Source: Candidatus Magasanikbacteria bacterium RIFCSPHIGHO2_01_FULL_33_34 (GTDB lineage: Bacteria; Patescibacteriota; Patescibacteriia; Magasanikbacterales; UBA922). Taken from it: a stretch of 64,000 bases of DNA. Position numbers and translations under genes: made by a program. The notes below the pieces were generated by a model, which did no database searches, was not told the DNA's origin, and was given only the letters and a program-made list of their open reading frames with translations. Shown here piece after piece: positions 12,748 through 23,013 of the stretch. The stretch lies in contig MFPS01000006.1 in the NCBI GenBank assembly GCA_001782825.1, positions 84,553-148,552 on the forward strand, in the 5' to 3' direction. How positions within the stretch are numbered: position 1 is the stretch's first letter; each line of letters begins with the position of its first letter.

Positions 12748-14499
12748 TTAGGCAATTCGTTTTTTGCTCTCATTTTTTACTTGTTCTTTAAATTCTTCTT
12801 TACTCATTTTTTCCTGATCAACTTGACCACGCACACGCACCATCCAATCTTCTCCAGCAATTTCTTTATCTCCTACAACCAATATATAAGGAATTTTTTG
12901 ACCAACAGCTTTTCGTACTTTATTTCCAACTGTTTCATCAGCTTTATCTAATCCAACTCTTATTCCAGCTTCTTTAAATTCTTTTTCAAATTTCTCTGCA
13001 TCCTCAACGTGCTTTTCTGATACTGGCAAAAATTGTACCTGAACTGGCGCAGTCCAAACTGGAAAATTTCCAGCATGATGTTCAATAAATATAGATAAAA
13101 ATCTTTCAATTGAACCCATAATAGCGGCGTGTATCATCACTATTCTTTCTTTTTCACCTTGTTCATTTGTACAAGACAAATCAAATCTCTCTGGTAAATT
13201 TATATCAAGCTGTATTGTAGCTACTTGCCATTCTCGGCCAATTGAATCTTTTGCCATAAAGTCAACCTTTGGCCCATAGAAAGCTGCTTCACCTTTTTGT
13301 TCTACATAATCAACGCCTTTTTCTTTGGCAATTTCTCGAAGCGCATCCTCTGCTTCCTGCCAAATTTCTGGAGTTCCAAGATATTTTTTGAAATTGTCTG
13401 GATCATGAAGTGACAACCTGACATCCAATTCATTAAAACCAACTGCCTTATAAAATATATCAATAATATCCCAAATCTTGAGAAATTCTACTTTTACTTG
13501 ATTGCGCCTGCAAAAAACATGAGCATCATCTTGTGAAAAAGCTCTAGTCCTAGATACCCCATGAAGCTCACCTGTTTGTTCATCACGATAACAAGTAGTT
13601 GTCTCGGCATATCTTTGTGGTAAATCTTTATAACTTCGCGCTACATGGTTATAAATCTGCGTATGATGTGGACAATTCATTGGTTTCATTGCAAATTCAT
13701 GACCTTCTCGTGACACAATTTTATAAAGTTCATCAGAAAATTTTTCCCAGTGTCCTGAAGTCTCATACAAATCTTTTTTGGTTATATGAGGGATAGATAC
13801 TTTTTGATATCCTCGCTCTTCTCTCAACTCCCAAACAAAATTGTCTAAAACATTTCGCAACAATGTACCCCTTGGAGTCCAAAGTGGTAAACCTGGACCA
13901 ACCAATTCTGAAAAAGTAAACAAATCTAATTCTTTACCAAGTTTGCGATGATCTCTCTTTTTAGCTTCTTCCAATAATTGCAAATGCTTATCTAATTCTT
14001 CTCTGGTTTCAAAAAGTAAACCATAAATACGAGTTAGCATTGGATTTTTTTCATCCCCACGCCAATAGGCTCCAGCAACTTTATCTAATTTCAAACCTGC
14101 CACTGTAATTTCTGTTGTTCTCTCTACATGCCCACCACGACACAAATCGCGAAAAGGCCCTGATTCATAAAAAGTTATATTTTCTCCTTTTTCTTCCAAT
14201 TCTTTTATTAAATCTAATTTAAAAGGCTCATCTTTCTCTATCTCCTTAGCCTCATCATAACTAGCGGGTTTACCAACAAATTTATGCGCCCCTTTTATGA
14301 TATGCTTCATTTTTTTTTCTATCTTTACAAGATCAGCATCTGAAATTGTTATGCCATCTGGAAATTTAAAATCATAATAAAAACCATTTTCAATGGTAGG
14401 GCCAATAGCCAATTTAGTGCCTGGATAAAGCTCTAGGACAGCAGCGGCCAACATATGAGCAGCTGAATGCCTTATATTGTGTAATTGTTCTTCGTTCAT
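12748..14499 (-). CDS. thrS: Threonine--tRNA ligase
   Basis: RHSAAH, DLCRGGH, KPMNCP, AFYGPK, GSIERF. Confidence 0.98.
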   Translation of the reverse strand: MNEEQLHNIRHSAAHMLAAAVLELYPGTKLAIGPTIENGFYYDFKFPDGITISDADLVKIEKKMKHIIKGAHKFVGKPASYDEAKEIEKDEPFKLDLIKELEEKGENITFYESGPFRDLCRGGHVERTTEITVAGLKLDKVAGAYWRGDEKNPMLTRIYGLLFETREELDKHLQLLEEAKKRDHRKLGKELDLFTFSELVGPGLPLWTPRGTLLRNVLDNFVWELREERGYQKVSIPHITKKDLYETSGHWEKFSDELYKIVSREGHEFAMKPMNCPHHTQIYNHVARSYKDLPQRYAETTTCYRDEQTGELHGVSRTRAFSQDDAHVFCRRNQVKVEFLKIWDIIDIFYKAVGFNELDVRLSLHDPDNFKKYLGTPEIWQEAEDALREIAKEKGVDYVEQKGEAAFYGPKVDFMAKDSIGREWQVATIQLDINLPERFDLSCTNEQGEKERIVMIHAAIMGSIERFLSIFIEHHAGNFPVWTAPVQVQFLPVSEKHVEDAEKFEKEFKEAGIRVGLDKADETVGNKVRKAVGQKIPYILVVGDKEIAGEDWMVRVRGQVDQEKMSKEEFKEQVKNESKKRIA

Positions 14500-14633
14500 A
14501 AATTTAAAGGAATTATTTTGGGATTCAAACAGTTTTTTTGTATTTCTGTATAAAATCCACCTAAATTTGTCTTAATCTATGCAAGCATTAAATCACGAAA
14601 ATAACTCTTAGTCAAACTGTGTTTAAACCAAAA

Positions 14634-14678
14634 AATAATACACACAACCTACCAAATGTATCATGTTGTGTGTATTAT
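14634..14678 (-). terminator. Terminator hairpin downstream of the 382-aa gene
   Basis: ATAATACACACAAC...GTTGTGTGTATTAT followed by a T-run on the minus strand. Confidence 0.65.
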
Positions 14679-14756
14679 AAATAGTATTTTTTACTGGATA
14701 TTTTGTCATCTATATTTTCTCTGCCACAAAACAAACCAAAATTATCAGTGTCATGT

Positions 14757-15905
14757 TTACTGAACCTCTTTTACGATTATTTCTATATGCTCCCCAACAT
14801 GAGGCACTGTTCTTATCCAGGCTGGTTTAAACTTGATATCAACACTTCTCACATGATCCAATTTCAAAAGATATCTCCTAACTTCATCTTTAGACTTTCC
14901 AAAAAACATACTTTTTTCTAATTGCTTACTTTCTGGATTTAATTTAGATACCCCACTATAAAATAATTGTAAGGTTGCAGTATTTTTTGCCAAACTATAA
15001 TCCTCAATATTTACGGTTGGATCATCATTACTTGATTGCACAATCTCAGTATCATCAACTGCTTTCCTTAAAAGTGCCTTATTTGCAATATCTTGCAAAT
15101 CACTCGCTTTATAAAAAACTCCTAATACATTTGCTTTGCCTGACAAAGTAAATTCAGATACTTCATCTCCTATTTCTGCATTAGCAGTAATATCTGAATC
15201 AATCAATTTAAACACCCCTTTAAGGGCTGGATTTTCAGATTGCAACTCTTTGATGCCTGCTTGTTCAAGTGCCAAAACAATTATATCACGCGCCTTATCC
15301 ATATCAGATTTTCCAAGTATACCAACATTTTTAATACCACCTGTAATATCCATATCACTTGTCGCATAAATTTGTTTTTGTTTTTCTTCACTTAAACCTG
15401 GAATTGTAAATTGTGACGGACCTATATTGCCACTACTACCATCAACATCCGCATAAACTTCTGCTTCAATCGTTCCATTGGCTGGTACCACTACTCTGTC
15501 TTTTAGTCTAAAAAGTATTCCATCTTGATTTATAACTCTAGTAGTTGGAATTAATGGTTGAGACAAATTTGAATCATTGTGAAGAATGACCATTCCAGTT
15601 GCATTAGCATCTTGACTTTCTGATTCTGTCGGAATAAAATTTTGTTGAATATCAACTGCCTTAGAGACAACAATGCCTTTTAATGAACCAAATTTATCAT
15701 CATTTCCCACCAATACACTATCATTCACATCAACCGTAGAAGATTTTGTCTCAATTATAATAGATGTGCGCTTGGATGACATAAACATGATCACGCCCGA
15801 AAGTATAATCGTAATAAATAAAAAAGTAAGAGCAACAAATTTATAAAATCGTACTGGTTGATTTGATGGCGTCATCGTTTCATTTCTTCTTGAAGACATA
15901 AACAC
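14757..15905 (-). CDS. Membrane-anchored protein with baseplate J-like segment
   Basis: N-terminal TM; ATGMVILHN...TRV...GILFRL...VVVPA...A...G..GNI...FTIPGL pattern. Confidence 0.55.
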   Translation of the reverse strand: MFMSSRRNETMTPSNQPVRFYKFVALTFLFITIILSGVIMFMSSKRTSIIIETKSSTVDVNDSVLVGNDDKFGSLKGIVVSKAVDIQQNFIPTESESQDANATGMVILHNDSNLSQPLIPTTRVINQDGILFRLKDRVVVPANGTIEAEVYADVDGSSGNIGPSQFTIPGLSEEKQKQIYATSDMDITGGIKNVGILGKSDMDKARDIIVLALEQAGIKELQSENPALKGVFKLIDSDITANAEIGDEVSEFTLSGKANVLGVFYKASDLQDIANKALLRKAVDDTEIVQSSNDDPTVNIEDYSLAKNTATLQLFYSGVSKLNPESKQLEKSMFFGKSKDEVRRYLLKLDHVRSVDIKFKPAWIRTVPHVGEHIEIIVKEVQ

Positions 15906-15924
15906 TAAAATAAAAAATAAAAAA

Positions 15925-17652
15925 TTATTGAATTACTCTGAATATTTCTGCAATTGAAGTTATTCCTTCTTGCGCCTTAAAAAATCCATCTTGAATCATC
16001 GTAGACATCCCTTGTTCAATAGCACTTCTTTCAATCTCATATTCAGAAATTTTTCCACTCAATATCATTTTCTCCATTGCTTCATCAACAATTAAGACTT
16101 CATATACACCTATTCTTCCTTTATACCCAATACCATGACAAGCTTCACAACCTTCACTCTCATAAAAAACTTGTGGCTTACTTTTAAATTCAGCCTTCTT
16201 TTTCTCAGACATTGACTCTACTACTTCATCAAAATGTTCTTTTTGTTCTTCAGTTATTGGTTTTTCTTTCTTGCAACTGACACATAATCTTCTAACAAGA
16301 CGTTGTCCAATAACAGTATTTAAAGATGGTGCAAGTAAAAAAGGCTTAGTTCCCATTGACAAAAACCTTGGTATAGCTGCCGCAGCGCTGTTGGTATGCA
16401 ATGTTGATAACATCAAATGACCAGTAAGCGCAGCCTGAACAGCAATTTCTGCAGTTTCCAAATCACGAATTTCTCCAACCATCGCAATATCCGGATCTTG
16501 ACGCAATACTGATCTCAAACCCTTAGCAAAGGTATATCCTCCAACAGTATCAACCTGACTTTGACTTATACCTTCCATTCTATATTCAACTGGATCTTCC
16601 AAAGTAATCATTTTTGTACCAGGCTTATTCAGCAAGTTCATTATAGCGTACAATGTAGTTGTTTTACCACCTCCAGTTGGACCAGTAGTCACAATCATAC
16701 CACTCGTTCTCATAATTTCTTTTTTTAATTTTTCATAAGCATCTCCATAAAGACCAATATCATCAAAACTCAATCCTTCTCTTTTTTGTTTTAATATACG
16801 CATTACAATACTTTCACCAAAAACTGTAGGCATAGTTGAAACACGAACATCAACATCCCCAACAGATAATTTAATTGTAAATCGTCCATCTTGTGGTTTA
16901 GTTATTATATTAATTTTTAATCCTGATATCAATTTTATTCTTGCCAATAATTTACCAAACTTTGACTTATCAAGTTTGGCAGCATCATGCAAAATTCCAT
17001 CCAAACGCAATCTCACAACTATACTACTTTCCTCTGCTTCAATATGCAAATCTGATGCTTCCAATTTCAAGGCAGCTCCTAAAAGAAATGTTACCAAATC
17101 AGTTGTAGAAGTTTTTTCCAAAATTTCTTGCAACGCTCTAAAATCTGTTACATCTGCTTGCACTTTTTTCATTTCATCTTCATCAATAGAAATATCTTTT
17201 GTAATTGGTTTTACAATTGGCAATCTATCATACATTTTTATAACTCGACTTAAACTATTTTCTGAAATTAAATACATTACACCATCTGCACCTAACCTTG
17301 TCTTTAATTCTTCAAAATAAGCTACCACTTGTGGCTCTTTTGGATTAACGGCTCCAAATCTAACCTCATTATTATTCAAATAAAAACATACCGCTTTTAA
17401 CCTTTTGGCATCTTCACGGTCTACTTGCTTTAATGCTTGTTGAGTGATTGGAAAACTATTCAAGTCTATATGTGGAAACCCAATTCTTGCCGACAATCTC
17501 ATGGTTTCAATTTCTCTCTCTTTTATATTAATCTGTGATTTTTTTTCTATAAATTTTGTTTCAACATCACTTGTACTCACATTCAAAGGTGAAATATCAC
17601 TTGTTTTTTTTCCAGTCCCAGCTAAATCTGCTATTGTTGGTAAATCTGACAT
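15925..17652 (-). CDS. Type IV pilus/T2SS assembly ATPase (PilB/GspE family)
   Basis: ASDLHIE, GPTGGGKTT, LEDPVE, LRQDPD, TGHLMLSTLH, CxxC...CxxC-GYKGR. Confidence 0.93.
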   Translation of the reverse strand: MSDLPTIADLAGTGKKTSDISPLNVSTSDVETKFIEKKSQINIKEREIETMRLSARIGFPHIDLNSFPITQQALKQVDREDAKRLKAVCFYLNNNEVRFGAVNPKEPQVVAYFEELKTRLGADGVMYLISENSLSRVIKMYDRLPIVKPITKDISIDEDEMKKVQADVTDFRALQEILEKTSTTDLVTFLLGAALKLEASDLHIEAEESSIVVRLRLDGILHDAAKLDKSKFGKLLARIKLISGLKINIITKPQDGRFTIKLSVGDVDVRVSTMPTVFGESIVMRILKQKREGLSFDDIGLYGDAYEKLKKEIMRTSGMIVTTGPTGGGKTTTLYAIMNLLNKPGTKMITLEDPVEYRMEGISQSQVDTVGGYTFAKGLRSVLRQDPDIAMVGEIRDLETAEIAVQAALTGHLMLSTLHTNSAAAAIPRFLSMGTKPFLLAPSLNTVIGQRLVRRLCVSCKKEKPITEEQKEHFDEVVESMSEKKKAEFKSKPQVFYESEGCEACHGIGYKGRIGVYEVLIVDEAMEKMILSGKISEYEIERSAIEQGMSTMIQDGFFKAQEGITSIAEIFRVIQ

Positions 17653-17687
17653 AATAGAACTTTTTCTTTATTATCTAAGTATTATAA

Positions 17688-18671
17688 CTATTTTTTCCCT
17701 CTCAATCTTCTAAAAAAATTAACCAATACGCTTTTTATACCTTTACCATGCATTTCTACAAATGTATAAGTCCAAATATAAGTTGTAAATACAGTAAAAC
17801 TTGCCCCAGCTACCAATATATACATAGTAAACATAATAACAGACGCAACAAAAGTAGCAGAAATAGCAATCTGTGTTCCACCAGCCAAGACAACGGCAAA
17901 CCATATAAGAACCGCCGGCAATACCAATAATATAAATCCTAATGCCACAATGACTCCAAAAAACATGTTAAAAATTAATATTAACAAACCAATTTCAAAT
18001 GAAACAACTGGATGCCCAACAAACATTTGCCATGCTTTTTGAATAGACAATGATAATGATTCTTTTTCTATTACAAGATAACCTGCTGAATAAAAGAATA
18101 AAAATGATAAAATAAGACCAAATAAGCCAAATAAAATAAATACCAAAGTCAAAAATATACTATTTGGAATTGAAGGGCTTAATAATACTCCATAAGCTGA
18201 CAAGCTTACAGTAATTGCCATAATAGCAATTATGATCTTTTTAAAAAAATTCAAAAAGAATAAACGCCAAAAATTGGCAGTCCCCACATGCCATGATTTT
18301 ACAATATTGATTTTCTTATTTTTAATTTCTTGAGATTCTGCATACAAAAGCAAACCCTGTGAAACAACCGAAACAAAAATAAATATACTAAAAATACACA
18401 AAATTAATGTCAACAAGAAAAACAAAATAATTTTACTATCATAAGAATTACCAGCATTAGCAACAAAATTACCTACTTGTGATAACACTGACCCAAAAGT
18501 TCCCAAATAATAACCTGAATTACCTTTTTGTATTCCTACTTTTCCCAAAAATTCCATAATCCCAAATTGCCCCAAAAAAGCAGCAAAAGCTCCAAAAAAC
18601 CACAAAGTTTTATGTTCCCATGTAAAATGCCATGCTTTTTTTGTTGCATGTATATAAATTGACTCCTTCAT
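17688..18671 (-). CDS. Polytopic membrane protein
   Basis: 327 aa with about 6 hydrophobic helices. Confidence 0.75.
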   Translation of the reverse strand: MKESIYIHATKKAWHFTWEHKTLWFFGAFAAFLGQFGIMEFLGKVGIQKGNSGYYLGTFGSVLSQVGNFVANAGNSYDSKIILFFLLTLILCIFSIFIFVSVVSQGLLLYAESQEIKNKKINIVKSWHVGTANFWRLFFLNFFKKIIIAIMAITVSLSAYGVLLSPSIPNSIFLTLVFILFGLFGLILSFLFFYSAGYLVIEKESLSLSIQKAWQMFVGHPVVSFEIGLLILIFNMFFGVIVALGFILLVLPAVLIWFAVVLAGGTQIAISATFVASVIMFTMYILVAGASFTVFTTYIWTYTFVEMHGKGIKSVLVNFFRRLRGKK

Positions 18672-18847
18672 ATAAAAATTTTATATTATTTAATTGTCAA
18701 TGTATTATAACACAATTTTTTAAAAAAAAGAAAAATCCAACCTTTTCAATCTTACAAAAAATACCTTATAAATAAATTAAAACTTTATTTATTTTATTAT
18801 TTATTGTAAAAAGAAAAGATTAGATTATTTCAAATAAATATTTTATT

Positions 18848-20710
18848 TTATTTTTCTTTAACCATATCTTCCTTCTTTGCACCACTACCCATTATAGTAT
18901 TAAATTCTTCTTGCTCCACTGTCTCTTTTTCCAACAATACCTTAACAAGCTCTTTCATTTTTTCTATATTTACCTCAATTACTTCTTTTGCTCTGCGTTG
19001 AGCGTCTTTGAGGATATCACTTACCTCTTCATCAATCATTTCGGCAATCTTTTCACTATAATTCTTTTTATCATGAATTTCTTGCGCCAAGAAAATCATT
19101 TCTTCATTTTCACCAAAAACTCTCGGCCCCAATTTTGTACTCATGCCATATCTAGTTACCATAGCCGTTGCTATTTTTGTGGCAGTTTTCAAATCACTGG
19201 ATGGTCCAGTAGACAACATATTATCCCCATAAATCATCTTTTCTGTCACATAACCACCCATACTCATAGCAAGATCATCTACAAAATTAGCATAAGTCTG
19301 ATATCTCTTGTCAGTCTCTGGCATACTAAGAGTATAGCCCCCAGCCATACCACGACCAATAATGGAAACTTTACGAACCGGATCACAATGCTCCAAAAAA
19401 TGACCCACAATCGCATGGCCTGCTTCATGATAAGCTGTCATTTCTTTTTCTTTTTCTGTCATAATTCTTGATCTTTTTTCTGGACCCAGTAATACCTTTT
19501 CAACACTTTCCAACACATCTATTTCATCAATTTTCTTCTTTCCTCGTCTTACCGCCAAAATGGCTGCTTCATTTAATAAATTTGCAAGATCAGCTCCAGT
19601 AAAACCAGGCGTTCTCTCAGCAAGTTTACGAATTGAAACATCTTTTGCAATTGGTTTCCCTTTAGCATGAACTGTTAAAATCTCTTCTCTATCATTTATA
19701 TCTGGTTTATCAATCACTACTCTTCTGTCAAATCTACCTGGACGGAGCAAAGCTGAATCAAGCACATCTGGCCGATTGGTTGCTGCGATTACTATTACTC
19801 CAATATTTGGATTGAACCCATCCATCTCTACGAGTATCTGATTCAATGTTTGTTCACGCTCATCATGACTACCACCAAGTCCAGCTCCACGCTTACGACC
19901 AACGGCATCAATTTCATCAATAAATATAATAGCTGGCGCAGCCTTCTGAGCCTTACTAAACAAATCTCTTACACGACTAGCACCCACACCCACAAACATT
20001 TCAACAAATTCCGAACCACTAATATGAAAAAATGGCACACCAGCTTCTCCGGCTACTGCTTTGGCAAGCAAAGTTTTACCCGTACCAGGAGAACCCATCA
20101 ATAATACTCCTTTAGGAATCTTGGCACCCATATTTGTAAATTTCTTTGGATCTTTCAAAAAATCCACAATTTCTTCAAGCTCCTCTTTGGCTTCTTTTGC
20201 CCCAGCCACATCTTTAAAAGTTTTTTTATCTTTTTCTTCACCAGGCTTACTTTGTTTGGCAGCGCTCTGACCAAAACCCATTGCCTTATTATTTACACCT
20301 TGAACTTGACGGGTCATAAAAAACAACAAACCACCAATCAATAAAAATGGCAACATATACGGTGCTAATACTTTTAGCCAATATTTCCAACCGGTCTCAT
20401 CTTTTACTTGAATATCAATCTTTTGTAATTTTTCTGGATCAATATTGTAATTATCTATCATTTCAGAAAATGACTGGCCATATTCTTTCTTTACTTGTTG
20501 TACATTTGCACTATCATCATGCAAATTTACTACCAAAATATCCCCCTTAACTTCAATGCTTCCAACTTCCTCATTATTAATCTCATTTACCAATGTACCA
20601 ATACCAATAACATCTGGGTCAACTTTGTTAATCTCAGACATACTCACTGCGCCAGCAACCAAAAAGAGTACAACGGTAATTATTATAAAATTCTTTATTA
20701 AACTTTTCAT
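18848..20710 (-). CDS. ftsH: ATP-dependent zinc metalloprotease FtsH
   Basis: 2 TMs, [24 protein letters not shown]. Confidence 0.98.
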   Translation of the reverse strand: MKSLIKNFIIITVVLFLVAGAVSMSEINKVDPDVIGIGTLVNEINNEEVGSIEVKGDILVVNLHDDSANVQQVKKEYGQSFSEMIDNYNIDPEKLQKIDIQVKDETGWKYWLKVLAPYMLPFLLIGGLLFFMTRQVQGVNNKAMGFGQSAAKQSKPGEEKDKKTFKDVAGAKEAKEELEEIVDFLKDPKKFTNMGAKIPKGVLLMGSPGTGKTLLAKAVAGEAGVPFFHISGSEFVEMFVGVGASRVRDLFSKAQKAAPAIIFIDEIDAVGRKRGAGLGGSHDEREQTLNQILVEMDGFNPNIGVIVIAATNRPDVLDSALLRPGRFDRRVVIDKPDINDREEILTVHAKGKPIAKDVSIRKLAERTPGFTGADLANLLNEAAILAVRRGKKKIDEIDVLESVEKVLLGPEKRSRIMTEKEKEMTAYHEAGHAIVGHFLEHCDPVRKVSIIGRGMAGGYTLSMPETDKRYQTYANFVDDLAMSMGGYVTEKMIYGDNMLSTGPSSDLKTATKIATAMVTRYGMSTKLGPRVFGENEEMIFLAQEIHDKKNYSEKIAEMIDEEVSDILKDAQRRAKEVIEVNIEKMKELVKVLLEKETVEQEEFNTIMGSGAKKEDMVKEK

Positions 20711-20859
20711 AGCAATTTTAATATATTATTTACTAATTATATCATAGTTGAATTAGTATAGATAAAAAGTGCTTTTTTGTCAATATACAAGAGAAAAATA
20801 TTGACAACCAAAAATAATTACTATATTATCGTATAAACAACAAATAAAGAAAGGATATA

Positions 20860-21102
20860 ATGACAAATCAAAAAAAGATCCTCAATGAACTAATTGATCT
20901 GCTTTTTTCTGATGGGTCAGATCATATTATTTTAACCATAAAATACGATAACTGCATTAAAAAAATTACAGTATCAAAAACATATTTTGGACTAATGAAC
21001 GATGGTTACAAAATCTATATCACCTTCAAACAAACACCCCACCAAAATTGTGAGGAAAAAAAATTTTATCTAGAAAACATCATAGATATAAAAAATGTCT
21101 AA
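20860..21102 (+). CDS. Small hypothetical protein (stand-alone cassette)
   Basis: TTGACA promoter at 20801, SD AAGGA, downstream hairpin near 21123-21146. Confidence 0.55.
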   Translation: MTNQKKILNELIDLLFSDGSDHIILTIKYDNCIKKITVSKTYFGLMNDGYKIYITFKQTPHQNCEEKKFYLENIIDIKNV

Positions 21103-21161
21103 TTTACACAAACAAGAGAACCACCTTTGACTTCCATAGCAAAGGTGTTTTTACTTAAAAA

Positions 21162-21707
21162 TTATTTCTTCCAAATCACATCTTCGTGATTATTTTTTTT
21201 ATTCAACCAACGTCCTAAAACAAAAAGCACATCACTCAAACGATTCAAATATTGTCCTATATGTTTATCAATACTAGGATATTGTTTTTTGACAGTAATA
21301 AAAACTCGCTCCGCACGACGACATATAGCCCGAGCAAAAAAACTCTGCGCTGAAGAAACACTTCCCCCTGGTAAAATAAAATTATGCAATGGCTCCAAAT
21401 CATTCTCCATTTCATCAATCCAATTTTCCAAATCAATTATAGCTGAATCTTTTAAACTCGGCACCATACCCAATTCCATATCAATAGACGCAATATTTGC
21501 ACCAACTACAAAAAGATTATGTTGAACATCAATCAATTTTTTCTTAACATCATTTTCACTATCCAACAATGAAACCAAAACTCCAACAGAGGCATTCAAT
21601 TCATCCACTTCACCCAATGCTACGACTTCTAGACAATTCTTTTCAACCCTCTTACCCAAAAGTGATGTTTCTCCTCCATCCCCAGTTTTTGTATAAATTT
21701 TTGACAT
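21162..21707 (-). CDS. PduO-type ATP:cob(I)alamin adenosyltransferase
   Basis: KIYTKTGDGGETSL, GEVDELNA, FILPGG, RAICRRAER, YLNRLSD. Confidence 0.93.
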   Translation of the reverse strand: MSKIYTKTGDGGETSLLGKRVEKNCLEVVALGEVDELNASVGVLVSLLDSENDVKKKLIDVQHNLFVVGANIASIDMELGMVPSLKDSAIIDLENWIDEMENDLEPLHNFILPGGSVSSAQSFFARAICRRAERVFITVKKQYPSIDKHIGQYLNRLSDVLFVLGRWLNKKNNHEDVIWKK

Positions 21708-21854
21708 AATTTATTATTAATAAACTAATTTATTCAGTCAATATATTATATCATTATGATTATACAAAACAACTGCCAATATATATTAATCCTAAAAAAA
21801 CAACTGCCTCGATAAATTAATACCGAGGCAACTTCTTGTACTCAAACAAATTCA

Positions 21855-22427
21855 CTAGACTCCTTTCCAGACTACCTGTGAAAGATAGCCTTCTGGATAA
21901 ACAACTGGTGGAATTACCTCATCGGGCACATAGCCCAAATTAATAAAATATTTCCTAGTATGTCTAGGCACTAAACCGAAAGCTGTTTCTACCCCCAAGG
22001 AAAAGGACAATTCAGTCGCCATTTTAATCAATTTGAATCCATATGACTGACCAGTTAACTCCTCAGAAATAGCTAAGCTACTCACCTCTGCTAAAGATCC
22101 ATGCGGACACCCCAGTATTTTTTTTGTAAACAATTCAGATTGTGCACCAATTGCTATGTAGCTCGGCAACTCAATTCCTTCAAGATTCAAATGAACCCTT
22201 ATGCATCCACGAATCTTATTACAACTATCTACAAGTAAGATAAGATAAACACCATTTAAATTCAACTTACTTTCATCTGCTGAACTTACATATGAAACAT
22301 TATGGCGCTTTAATGCTCCTTTCTGTATTTCTAAAGACAGTTTGAAAGATTTTTCATCATCAATCGCACGTATAGTCTTAAAAGTACAAAAGCCTTCTAA
22401 TGATTTTTCTGTTGCATATTGAGTCAC
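21855..22427 (-). CDS. GNAT-fold acyltransferase (N-acyl synthase/LuxI/FeeM-like)
   Basis: IRGCIRVH, LAEVSSLAISEELTGQSYG, YFINLGY; GTG start with GGGGGG RBS; TTGACT-17-TATAGT promoter. Confidence 0.6.
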   Translation of the reverse strand: MTQYATEKSLEGFCTFKTIRAIDDEKSFKLSLEIQKGALKRHNVSYVSSADESKLNLNGVYLILLVDSCNKIRGCIRVHLNLEGIELPSYIAIGAQSELFTKKILGCPHGSLAEVSSLAISEELTGQSYGFKLIKMATELSFSLGVETAFGLVPRHTRKYFINLGYVPDEVIPPVVYPEGYLSQVVWKGV

Positions 22428-22590
22428 AAGCCCCCCTTGTTATAGTCACATAAAATTATTAGAAGACTTCAAACTATATATTATTTAATAAAAAAAGTCA
22501 AGGCTTTACCTGGGTGAATTAAAAAATTATTGACAAATACATATATTTATGATATTAAATATATGTCACTAAAACCCAAAGGGGGGCAAT

Positions 22591-22863
22591 ATGGACGAAA
22601 CAACCGAGCAAGATAAACTTCTTGATACACAGCCAATCGTCGATAAACTGCTCGACGAAAAACTAAAATACATGTATGAAACTGTATTGGATCTAATCGC
22701 CATGGGTAAAAAAGAAATAGCAAATGATGTTTTAACAGTTTTTTATGAAACTTACTGCAAAAACACCCTGGTTGATGAAACAACTCCAAAACTAATCAAA
22801 AAAATATCACGGATGTATAATGGTTTGGTAAACAAAAAAACAGATGGCCCAAAACCATCATAA
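22591..22863 (+). CDS. Small hypothetical protein (stand-alone cassette)
   Basis: TTGACA at 22530, GGGGGG RBS, hairpin GCCACGTG...CACGTGGC after the stop. Confidence 0.55.
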   Translation: MDETTEQDKLLDTQPIVDKLLDEKLKYMYETVLDLIAMGKKEIANDVLTVFYETYCKNTLVDETTPKLIKKISRMYNGLVNKKTDGPKPS

Positions 22864-22970
22864 AGTGACATAGCGTCCATAAAGCCACGTGCACACCCAG
22901 CACGTGGCCTAAAAATTTATAATAAATATAATAAAAACTTAATTTTCATACTAAATAAATATTACCAAAC

Positions 22971-23004
22971 AAAAAACCACTTACTTCAGAATAAGTGGTT
23001 TTTT
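22971..23004. terminator. Bidirectional terminator downstream of nrdJ
   Basis: AAAAAACCACTTA...TAAGTGGTTTTTT. Confidence 0.8.
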
Positions 23005-23013
23005 AATTTCTTA

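Noticed and set aside
14500-14600. T-box leader for thrS (AAUUUAGGUGGA)
   Set aside because: Lacks ACC after UGGN, a stem I and a downstream terminator; leader is only about 80 nt.
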